This document shows, one piece after another, positions 1-6,450 of a DNA stretch of 20,717 nt (within the stretch, counting starts at the first letter, position 1; the number at the start of each line of letters is the position of its first letter). The DNA comes from a virus: UHGV virus genome UHGV-1961940; one strand, 5' to 3'. The position numbers and the translations under genes are program-made. The notes beneath the pieces were generated by a model that did not search any database, was not told the origin of the DNA, and saw only the letters and a program-made list of their open reading frames with translations.

Positions 1-285
1 CAGGAAGAAACTGGCAATCTGAGTTTTCGCGCTGGCAATCTGGGATTTTCCATCTTCTAATTTTTTCTTTGCATCTGCAAGTTGTGTTTTCCCGTCTTCC
101 AGTTTCTTCCTGGCATCTTCTAATTGTTTCTTACCATCTTTATATTGTTTCTTTCCGTCCTTAAGTTTCTTTTCACCGTCATCCAGTTCTTTCTTCGCAT
201 CTGCAAGTTTCTCATTGGCTTCTTTTTTGCCGTCTTCCAGTTCTTTCTTTGCATCTGCAAGCTTTTCATTGGCTTCATCCACTAC
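1..285 (-). repeat. Degenerate in-frame tandem repeats encoding a K/E/D/L/G-rich coiled coil
   Basis: The DNA unit gcatctgcaag(t/c)tt..tcattggcttc recurs at about 197-222 and 251-275. tttctttgcatctgcaag recurs at 64-81 and 244-261. ccgtcttccagtt recurs at 92-104 and 230-242. At protein level, EANEKLADAKKEL(E/D)DG occurs twice, followed by KKLxDGK-type heptads. Confidence 0.6.
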
Positions 286-684
286 TTCATCATAACGGAT
301 CTGACAACGTTCTTCCTCGATTCCCTTTACGCGTTCCTGCACTCTTTCTATCAGGCTTTCATAAGCATCCGTATAACTGATCAGATTTTGTGCCCCATGA
401 ACCTGCACATAAATCTGTGTAAATACTTCCTGATCAAAATTCTCCGGGAGTACATAAGCAAACCCGTTAACTTCACCTGAACCAAGAGTTGTATTTCCAC
501 GATTATAAGATATATAAAGAGGGCTCTCACCAATACCTACAACTGTATAATCTACATTCTGCAAAAGCTTGCTGTCCCCGTCCTGCTTCAGTGTAATCTG
601 ATCTCCGACTTCGTAACTGTTATTCTCGGCAAATATATAATCCAGAAATATCTCGCCACTCTTCTCGGGAATTCTTCCTTCCAT
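1..684 (-). CDS. FtsX/MacB-type ABC transporter permease, internal fragment (extracellular domain plus coiled-coil repeats); 5'-truncated and runs off the left edge
   Basis: My own minus-strand translation is open from 795 to 1, with the first ATG at 684. It reads MEGRIPEKSGEIFLDYIFAENNSYEVGDQITL...YTVVGIGESPLYISYNRGNTTLGSGEVNGFAYV...EANEKLADAKKELEDGKKEANEKLADAKKELDDGEKKLKDGKKQ... The G-R-x-P-E-x-x-x-E, VGD-x-I-T and VVG...P pattern is typical of the large extracellular domain of Firmicutes FtsX-like permeases, and LxxG-type heptads follow it. There is no N-terminal TM helix, no start context and no stop in the window. The ORF track omits it because it is incomplete. Confidence 0.7.
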   Translation of the reverse strand, partial: MEGRIPEKSGEIFLDYIFAENNSYEVGDQITLKQDGDSKLLQNVDYTVVGIGESPLYISYNRGNTTLGSGEVNGFAYVLPENFDQEVFTQIYVQVHGAQNLISYTDAYESLIERVQERVKGIEEERCQIRYDEVVDEANEKLADAKKELEDGKKEANEKLADAKKELDDGEKKLKDGKKQYKDGKKQLEDARKKLEDGKTQLADAKKKLEDGKSQIASAKTQIASFFL

Positions 685-710
685 AACAGTGATCTGGTTT
701 ACTGTTTCAT

Positions 711-1196
711 TCACTGATTCCACGGAGCACTTATCGCAAACCTCAACGACATTGATAGTACCATAGTATTTATAAAGAATATAGCCAACGTATCAAACAG
801 GTTAACCTGGTGGTCGTTGATAGTCCCCATGCATTTAGGATCACGGAACATATCAAAATGAATACCGGATAATCTTTCCATTAGCATAAAGTCATAACTG
901 TAGCAGTTATGGCAGTTCAAAGCTGTTGGTGACCAGTCAGAATTGCCTGTAAGCCAACCTTCCAACTCCGAAAAATCTGCTATGCGAACTTCAAAATCTT
1001 TATAAAGAGTTTTCTTTGCCAGAATGAAGTTCTTAGCCTTTTCTATATCCTCCTCGGAGTAGTGTGTGCGGTCATTTAGAGGAAGGAACAGCATAAAACG
1101 GTTCTTATTCAGCTCTTTAAACAGACCGCAGTGATAATAAAGATCTGGGTCTTCCAGCAAACCGGATGACTCAAAATCGAAAGACCACATACTCAT
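711..1196 (-). CDS. Family A (T7 gp5-like) DNA polymerase, N-terminal 3'-5' exonuclease fragment only (truncated; tail of the ORF is probably junction read-through)
   Basis: SFDFESSGLL resembles the Exo I DxE motif (T7 VSDIEANALL). A conserved HCG follows. CHNCYSYDFMLMERL resembles Exo II (T7 FHNGHKYDVPALTKL). NLFDTLAI resembles T7 NCIDTLVL. The ORF stops about 20 codons later, with no Exo III and no polymerase domain. SD is AAGGAG upstream of ATG 1196. It sits directly downstream of the gp4-like gene, as in T7. Confidence 0.6.
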   Translation of the reverse strand: MSMWSFDFESSGLLEDPDLYYHCGLFKELNKNRFMLFLPLNDRTHYSEEDIEKAKNFILAKKTLYKDFEVRIADFSELEGWLTGNSDWSPTALNCHNCYSYDFMLMERLSGIHFDMFRDPKCMGTINDHQVNLFDTLAIFFINTMVLSMSLRFAISAPWNQ

Positions 1197-1215
1197 ATAC
1201 AGTTCTCCTTAAAGG

Positions 1216-1240
1216 GGAGGCGGTTGTATTACCCCTCCCA
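1216..1240 (-). promoter_or_regulatory. Intercistronic hairpin (GGGAGG / CCTCCC, 6-bp stem, 13-nt loop) just upstream of the polymerase SD
   Basis: 1216-1221 GGGAGG pairs with 1235-1240 CCTCCC. On the minus-strand mRNA the hairpin is followed by TTTAAGGAG and then ATG. There is no real U-tract, so I do not call it a terminator. Confidence 0.3.
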
Positions 1241-1254
1241 CTCTTTGTTAAACA

Positions 1255-3333
1255 TTAAAAAGGCGTTTCATCATCCTCAAAACCAGGGACCGGGTCAGAG
1301 GATGGATCATCGTACTGGAGGTCTTCCTGCGTGTCAACAGGCTTAACAGTAGGAGTTACAACCTTATCAGCCACAACCTTGCCCATAGGTGTTTCTACAA
1401 CTGCATGCTCCTGATCCTCAAACATAGCCTGAGGTCTCCAAACAACCTCCCCACCTTCTCCGTCTGTAAACATTTGCATTTCTTTGTCCCAGTACCAATT
1501 ACTGGCATCATGGAACTTACCTGTGTGCGGGTCCATAACCAAAGTGTCAGCAATACCTAGAGTTTTTGCTGGACGGTTTTTAAGACCTACCAGACGGACA
1601 CGTCCACGAGAACGATCCACCATTTCTTCGGCCTCGACACCTATGACTACCCAACTCAACTGTTCAAGCCCAGCCGATCCTCGCAAATTCTCTTTTCGCA
1701 CAGGATACCAGAAAGGTAATGGGTTACCATCCTTGTCCTTAGGGGGCACAATCTCTGTACGTTTGAGGTGAGCGATCACCAAGATAAACACGTTAAACTG
1801 CTTACAAAACGCAGCCAGTTGGGTCATAGCCATGTCCAGTTCTTTTCGCTCATCCTTAACATTAAGCCCTGAAATTACCATGGACAGGTGATCCAGCACA
1901 ATATAACGACAATGGTACAGGCAAACCATTTGCTTAAGCTTGGTAATCAACTCGTCCACTGGAATAGACCCGAAATGTTTGAACACTTTGATTTTTCCAG
2001 CTTTTGCCCATGATTGGTGAATCTCTGCGTGTTCTTGATCAGTTAAAAACTGGCTAGGATCTTCAACAAACTCTTTAACATCAAACCCTAACTGGTTTGC
2101 ATACAAGGAGTTAATTGCTTCCTCTGGGTCCTCCTCAAGATGAATCATGCATAGACGATCATCCTCTTCGTAATCATCAGCCTTTGGACATGTCGGGTCC
2201 ATTAGGTATCTTGCAATACAGTGTTCCAGTTTTTTAGCTACAGTTGTTTTACCGCCTCCTGATGGACCTGTAAGCATTACGAGTGTCCCTTTGTGCAAGC
2301 CTTTTAGCATTTTTTGCAGTTTTGGGAACTCTGCGCTGATATCTACCCCGTTGGAAGTCTTTTTCCGCAAAGATTCGATAGAGAAGTCTTCTAAATCCGA
2401 TACAGCATCCGGTACATACTTAACAGGATGCCGGAACATGTTTACAATATCTTCCAGCTTTTTAGCCTTCAGCATGTCACGGATATCTTTTACACCGTCA
2501 GGATCGTTTACTTCACCAGGGTACTCTACGTGGTAAACGTTATCAGCCATCAAAAATGCTGCGATATTGTGCGTAGCCTCAACACCTTTAATGACGTGTT
2601 TTTGCTTCTCTACCTCGTTAGCTGCATCGTTATCCATTGCCAGCACAACTGTTCCATAGCTACGGATAAACTTCTCATTGTTTGCAAAAGTATCTACTGC
2701 GTTTGCACATCCGCAGTTAATTCCAACAAAAGGTAGGCAGGGTTTTCCTGCCAGATCACCACCGTTGATAACTGCATCGATCCCGTCCTGTACCTCTTTA
2801 GCCCACTGCTTCACCTTTGCCGGGGCTTTAGCGTTGGTGAGAATCCCTTTTACTTGTATCTGATATGCAGCCTGCCATGCTGCAATAACATCACCTTCTC
2901 CCTCGCAAACGTTAATCTGCTTACGGTTGTTGGAAGATGCACACAGCTTTTGACCAAACATCTGGGAGTTAGCCTTTACGATGCCAACAACGGAGAAATG
3001 GCCCCTTTGCTCTTTAGGAATCGTCCAGTCGCGCTTTTTGAAACCGGACAGATTTCCGTAGCGGTCGTAATATGGGAAATATGTTGCAGTGACTGTCACA
3101 CCGTCTTCTTGGGACAATGCTGATCGCACACCAAAATATTGTGCAGCCATCAGACCGATATTTTGTTGTGGGACAGGGACAATTTTAGTATTTTCTAAAA
3201 CAGTCTCTACAGTTTCAACTTCTTTTTCATCACGATAGTCTCGTTTCACACTTCCCCCACTTTTATACTTAGTTGCTTTCGGGTTTGGCTCACCGAAACG
3301 GTTGTATGCAGATGCCATAAATTTACTTCCCAT
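1255..3333 (-). CDS. T7 gp4-like bifunctional primase-helicase (TOPRIM primase core plus DnaB/RecA-type hexameric helicase), lacking the N-terminal zinc-ribbon
   Basis: TOPRIM motifs are VCEGEGDVIAAW and LAMDNDAANE. Walker A is GPSGGGKTT and Walker B is YIVLDHLSMV. AHLKR and LRGSAGLEQLS match T7 CHLKN and LRGSGALRQLS. The acidic C-terminal tail ends in Phe (FEDDETPF), like T7 gp4 (SNDTDF). SD is AAGGAG. Confidence 0.9.
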   Translation of the reverse strand: MGSKFMASAYNRFGEPNPKATKYKSGGSVKRDYRDEKEVETVETVLENTKIVPVPQQNIGLMAAQYFGVRSALSQEDGVTVTATYFPYYDRYGNLSGFKKRDWTIPKEQRGHFSVVGIVKANSQMFGQKLCASSNNRKQINVCEGEGDVIAAWQAAYQIQVKGILTNAKAPAKVKQWAKEVQDGIDAVINGGDLAGKPCLPFVGINCGCANAVDTFANNEKFIRSYGTVVLAMDNDAANEVEKQKHVIKGVEATHNIAAFLMADNVYHVEYPGEVNDPDGVKDIRDMLKAKKLEDIVNMFRHPVKYVPDAVSDLEDFSIESLRKKTSNGVDISAEFPKLQKMLKGLHKGTLVMLTGPSGGGKTTVAKKLEHCIARYLMDPTCPKADDYEEDDRLCMIHLEEDPEEAINSLYANQLGFDVKEFVEDPSQFLTDQEHAEIHQSWAKAGKIKVFKHFGSIPVDELITKLKQMVCLYHCRYIVLDHLSMVISGLNVKDERKELDMAMTQLAAFCKQFNVFILVIAHLKRTEIVPPKDKDGNPLPFWYPVRKENLRGSAGLEQLSWVVIGVEAEEMVDRSRGRVRLVGLKNRPAKTLGIADTLVMDPHTGKFHDASNWYWDKEMQMFTDGEGGEVVWRPQAMFEDQEHAVVETPMGKVVADKVVTPTVKPVDTQEDLQYDDPSSDPVPGFEDDETPF

Positions 3334-3466
3334 TAATTCTGCTCCTTACTACAGGCTCGTTTGCTAAGAATACAGCTTTTGCCCAGCCAATAACTGCACC
3401 ACCAGACCCGTCAAATAGACTCCACACAACACCTTTGTGGTAGTGTTCTTTGTAGATGAATTTCAA
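3323..3466 (-). CDS. Possible 47-aa small protein (TTG start), overlapping the primase-helicase start
   Basis: TAGGAGAC SD sits 7 nt before TTG at 3466. Translation is MKFIYKEHYHKGVVWSLFDGSGGAVIGWAKAVFLANEPVVRSRINGK. The stop overlaps the ATG region of the next gene. It fills an otherwise empty 184-nt gap. It is below the ORF-track length cutoff, and there is no homology evidence. Confidence 0.25.
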   Translation of the reverse strand: MKFIYKEHYHKGVVWSLFDGSGGAVIGWAKAVFLANEPVVRSRINGK

Positions 3467-3484
3467 TTTGCTGTCTCCTAATGC

Positions 3485-3512
3485 AAAAAGCCCCACCCTT
3501 TCGGGCAGGGCC
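3485..3512 (-). terminator. Rho-independent terminator (minus strand)
   Basis: The minus-strand RNA reads GCCCUGCCC-GAAA-GGGUGGGGC followed by UUUUUG. This gives a 9-bp stem including two G-U pairs and a GNRA tetraloop. On the plus-strand transcript those two positions would be A-C mismatches, so the element is strand-specific. It lies right after the stop of the 68-aa gene. Confidence 0.7.
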
Positions 3513-3517
3513 TAGTG

Positions 3518-3724
3518 TTAAACCCGGATACCTATTGTATACTCGGTGGATACCAATGTCAAATCTAAATTTAAAATTTCTTGCATCTCATAATATGCGT
3601 CCAGGGTTAGATACATTTCCCCATCCTTTTCTACATACTTGTCCAAGTGCTTGAGGCATTTCGGATAACTATCAAGTGCAGCTTTCAGGCACTCAAACTC
3701 TGTGCTGTTGATGAATCCTTCCAT
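3518..3724 (-). CDS. Hypothetical protein (68 aa)
   Basis: ORF in the operon orientation, 5 nt after the upstream stop, followed by the terminator. I recognise no motif. Confidence 0.6.
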   Translation of the reverse strand: MEGFINSTEFECLKAALDSYPKCLKHLDKYVEKDGEMYLTLDAYYEMQEILNLDLTLVSTEYTIGIRV

Positions 3725-3729
3725 CTTGG

Positions 3730-3996
3730 CTACCCGTTCTTAATGATAGCACTGTAGTGAGATTTAGCTTCCTGAATGCAATGGGTCCAAGCATCAACCT
3801 TCTCTTCGAAAAGTCCAAAGAACTTCTTTTTGGTGAGCTTCAGATTCTTTAAGTGCTTAAGCACTCGGTTGCCGATTACAGCCACATCACGAAACTTAAG
3901 AATCACTTTGTCGATATCCTCGCGACCTATTTTCACAAAACAGGCCTTACACATTTCAGGGGAGGAATAACCAACTTTCCACATAAAATCTGACAT
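3730..3996 (-). CDS. Hypothetical protein (88 aa)
   Basis: Strong SD (AAGGAGAAGGTGG) before the ATG. Contains CKAC and HC pairs, but no assignable domain. Confidence 0.7.
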   Translation of the reverse strand: MSDFMWKVGYSSPEMCKACFVKIGREDIDKVILKFRDVAVIGNRVLKHLKNLKLTKKKFFGLFEEKVDAWTHCIQEAKSHYSAIIKNG

Positions 3997-4008
3997 ACCA
4001 CCTTCTCC

Positions 4009-4311
4009 TTATTCCTTAAAAGCTATGATATCATAGGAACTTGCAGATGATTCTGGTGAAGAATGACTCCAGTCCAGGTCATCAGAATAGTCAGCGTACT
4101 GTGCGCCACTACGCAGTTTGTATTTTACCCACTTACCTGGTGCAGGGTTTTCACCACCTTCCCATACTTCCCAGCCTTCTGGCAGGCCGTCCTGAGCGTA
4201 GTCATCCACCTCACTAATGATCTTAGGGTTTGGCACCAAGATCCCCGCAGGCTCTTCCTTCCGGATAAGTGTCCACACAGCGTATGTGTCTGAGCAGGCG
4301 CATGATAGCAA
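4009..4311 (-). CDS. Hypothetical protein (about 100 aa; start uncertain, TTG)
   Basis: Long ORF in the operon orientation with a W-rich motif (GWEVWEGGENPAPGKWV...LDWSH...DIIAFK). There is no internal Met. The only in-frame start is TTG at 4311, with a weak SD. Confidence 0.55.
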   Translation of the reverse strand: MLSCACSDTYAVWTLIRKEEPAGILVPNPKIISEVDDYAQDGLPEGWEVWEGGENPAPGKWVKYKLRSGAQYADYSDDLDWSHSSPESSASSYDIIAFKE

Positions 4312-4402
4312 AGTATATCCACTATTCAGAACTTCTGCAAGCTCTTTTCAGCATCTTCCAATTTGGCTAAGTGGTATTGGATAATCTTCACACCTGTAAT
4401 CA

Positions 4403-4708
4403 TCAGAAACCTCCCACTTCTTCAGCAAATGCAGCTGCTGTCGTCGCTGCATCCAGATAGGACTCTAGTTCACGGGCTGCACGTTTGTAAATTGAGTGGC
4501 GCATATCGTTTGGCAGTTGGTGGGAGTCCACCTCTTCACCGTTGTGGTAAACATGCACATCGGTGATTTGTCTAAATCCGTAACAGTCAACATCAGAATC
4601 CCGGCACTCCGGATCTGGCAACTGAACAACTGCCTGAGCTTCCACAGTAAACATATCGTCAAGTTCGAAATCGATTTCAAAAGTGTATGGTTTATAACGT
4701 TTCATCAT
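4403..4708 (-). CDS. Hypothetical protein (101 aa)
   Basis: ORF in the operon orientation starting 13 nt after the methyltransferase stop. No motif recognised. Confidence 0.65.
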   Translation of the reverse strand: MMKRYKPYTFEIDFELDDMFTVEAQAVVQLPDPECRDSDVDCYGFRQITDVHVYHNGEEVDSHQLPNDMRHSIYKRAARELESYLDAATTAAAFAEEVGGF

Positions 4709-4721
4709 TTGATTGTACTCT

Positions 4722-6047
4722 TTATTGATCAGAATTATCTTTCGTAATTAAGGTCTGGGTAAGTTTGTAATAGCGGAAGCCACCGCCACCTTGCCAGCTT
4801 GCAGACTTAGAAATACCACCTTGATCTTCACCATCAATCACTTTTTGCAAGCGAGGGATAATATGGGTATGACAATGATCACCCAGTTCGATCAAGATCC
4901 AACGTCTTTTCATCTTGTGGGCTACAGCAGCAGTAGTTCCCGAACCGCCGAATGAATCCAATACCAAATCACCTTCTCGCGTACACATTTCGAGAATCCG
5001 CTTCAAAAGCGCTTCTGGTTTTTTTCCATTTTTGAAACTAACGCCGCCTTCATTTGCTATTCCATTCCAACTAATGTCTGTCCAAACATCAGTTATTAGT
5101 TCCGCAGGTTGCATCTCACCGTCAATTTCCAAAAGCCTGTTGGAGTAAAAGACCATTTGCCTACCATTTGCGATATAAAATCCTTCAACATCCTCATTCG
5201 GATGTACATAAACCTTATCCCTATCTTTCTTTGACTTCTCGATAGTTTCTTTTCTCTTTATTTTAGCGCCACCACCAATTGCAACAGATTGAAATACACG
5301 TTCTGCATTATCAATTGCGAATTGTGCTAATTCATCATCGAATGTATCAGGCAGTTTTTTCTTGGCTTCTTTTGCATCTTTATAGCCATTGGCCTTTGCA
5401 AACGCATCGGCAATACCGCACCACGTCCAATTTTTATAATGGTCATCCGGGTTTAATAGGTATTTGTTATATCCTGTATCATACCCTTTAGGTATATAGA
5501 TTTTGTTAAGCGGTTTCTGGGTGCGATCTTTTGCATATACAAGCAAAAAGTTTGCTGTGGAGAAAACTGTGGCTCCTGTTGCCTTAAATCCCGAAGGGGA
5601 ATTTGTGGTCATCGATATGGTATTTAACTGATTTGCACGACCAAAAATCTCGTCCATCAAAACTTTTAAATACGCCATTTCGCAATCATCTAAGTGAACG
5701 AATATTACCCCATCATCACTTAGAAGATTACGAATTATTTCTAACCTATCCCTCATTAAGCCCAGCCAAATGGAATGCTCCAGGCTATCATCGTAATGCT
5801 CAAAAGCCCTCCCGGTATTGAATGGTGGGTCTATGTAAACACACTTCACTTTGCCTGCATACTCTTGCTCTAGCGCCTTCAATGCTAATAAGTTATCTCC
5901 AAAAATCAGTTTATTATCAAAAATATCGTTTTCGGTCACTTTCTGGCTGTGGTAAGATTTGCTAGAATCTTCTAACAAAATGTGTGGCTCTAACTTTTTG
6001 CGCTCGTTTTTACCTATCCAGGTAAGTTCTAATTTGGTTTTGCTCAT
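4722..6047 (-). CDS. Orphan DNA methyltransferase, beta-class N6-adenine/N4-cytosine family, type III Mod-like
   Basis: Motif IV VYIDPPFNTG comes first, followed by the Mod-like block HSIWLGLMRDRLEIIRNLLSDDGVIFVHLDDCEMAYLKVLMDEIFG. Motif I LDSFGGSGTTAAVA is near the C-terminus, so the order is IV then I (beta class). SD is AAGGAGAG. There is no Res/endonuclease partner in the window. Confidence 0.9.
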   Translation of the reverse strand: MSKTKLELTWIGKNERKKLEPHILLEDSSKSYHSQKVTENDIFDNKLIFGDNLLALKALEQEYAGKVKCVYIDPPFNTGRAFEHYDDSLEHSIWLGLMRDRLEIIRNLLSDDGVIFVHLDDCEMAYLKVLMDEIFGRANQLNTISMTTNSPSGFKATGATVFSTANFLLVYAKDRTQKPLNKIYIPKGYDTGYNKYLLNPDDHYKNWTWCGIADAFAKANGYKDAKEAKKKLPDTFDDELAQFAIDNAERVFQSVAIGGGAKIKRKETIEKSKKDRDKVYVHPNEDVEGFYIANGRQMVFYSNRLLEIDGEMQPAELITDVWTDISWNGIANEGGVSFKNGKKPEALLKRILEMCTREGDLVLDSFGGSGTTAAVAHKMKRRWILIELGDHCHTHIIPRLQKVIDGEDQGGISKSASWQGGGGFRYYKLTQTLITKDNSDQ

Positions 6048-6074
6048 CGTTTGGTGCTCTCCTTAGTTTTTTGT

Positions 6075-6091
6075 GGGGAGGAGGCCTCCCC
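6075..6091 (-). promoter_or_regulatory. Intercistronic GC hairpin (GGGGAGG-AGG-CCTCCCC) upstream of the methyltransferase SD
   Basis: 7-bp perfect stem with a 3-nt loop, lying between the stop of the 113-aa gene and the AAGGAGAG SD. On the minus strand it is followed by ACAAAAAAC, so there is no U-tract. On the plus strand it is followed by TTTAT. Confidence 0.35.
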
Positions 6092-6108
6092 TTTATACTC
6101 ACATCTTA

Positions 6109-6450
6109 CTACTCAAGGTCTTCAGAGTCAAGCTCAAAAAGAATCAAACTGTGCATGCCTGCAGATAGATTAACACACCCTGCAACAATAAGGGTCTGAT
6201 AGTAAGGTTCAGCACCCTCAATGTCTTCGTTAAAATCCACAACAAGGTAGTCACCTTTGTTAAAGGTGTATTTGTCCGATGTAAACGCAAAACCTGCCCA
6301 GTCCCCTACTGCAGGGTCTTTATCAGTCACCTTTGTTAACAGTAGATCTTTTTCACGGGATCTTTTAGTAAAATCGTGAATCACAACATCCTTCTCTTCA
6401 GGAGTTGGATTGCCACACACGTAGTTAACTATATTTCTCCACAAACTCAT
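6109..6450 (-). CDS. Hypothetical protein (113 aa from ATG 6450; the track ORF extends to a TTG at 6492)
   Basis: ATG 6450 is preceded by GAGGGGA. It would overlap the helicase 3' end by 26 nt. The longer TTG start has no SD. No motif recognised. Confidence 0.6.
   Translation of the reverse strand: MSLWRNIVNYVCGNPTPEEKDVVIHDFTKRSREKDLLLTKVTDKDPAVGDWAGFAFTSDKYTFNKGDYLVVDFNEDIEGAEPYYQTLIVAGCVNLSAGMHSLILFELDSEDLE

Noticed and set aside
124-480. 118-aa plus-strand ORF (FFLxICKF-type low-complexity protein)
   Set aside because: It is the antisense shadow of the K/E/L-rich coiled-coil repeats of the permease fragment. The minus-strand frame has clear family motifs, and the plus-strand product is a compositional artefact.
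1-800. Calling the left junction a prophage attachment site
   Set aside because: There is no integrase, no direct repeat I can pair and no tRNA. Both genes at the junction are truncated mid-domain, which is not what site-specific integration produces.
745-835. GGTACTATCAATG (about 746-758) versus GGGACTATCAACG (about 818-830), both encoding GTIN on the minus strand; considered as junction microhomology
   Set aside because: The match is only about 11 of 13 nt. The two copies are 70 nt apart on the same side of the likely breakpoint and do not flank it, so this is probably coincidence.
1484-3123. Several 61-102-aa plus-strand ORFs inside the primase-helicase gene
   Set aside because: They are antisense to a gene with a complete motif set. 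They have no SD sites and odd composition.
3490-3511. Bidirectional terminator at 3.5 kb
   Set aside because: On the plus-strand transcript two stem positions become A-C mismatches and there is no downstream U-tract. Only the minus-strand version is convincing.
3730-3996. 88-aa protein with CKAC and HC pairs as the missing zinc-ribbon of the primase supplied in trans
   Set aside because: Two short Cys/His pairs about 50 residues apart are not enough to call a zinc ribbon. This is pure speculation.
4125-4322. 65-aa alternative-frame ORF overlapping the 100-aa gene
   Set aside because: It has a GTG start without SD and an Arg/Cys/His-rich unnatural-looking product. The other frame has the conserved-looking W-rich motif.
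4326-4403. 25-aa mini-ORF (MITGVKIIQYHLAKLEDAEKSLQKF) coupled by ATGA to the 101-aa gene
   Set aside because: It fills the 91-nt gap neatly, but it is too short to support without conservation or expression data.
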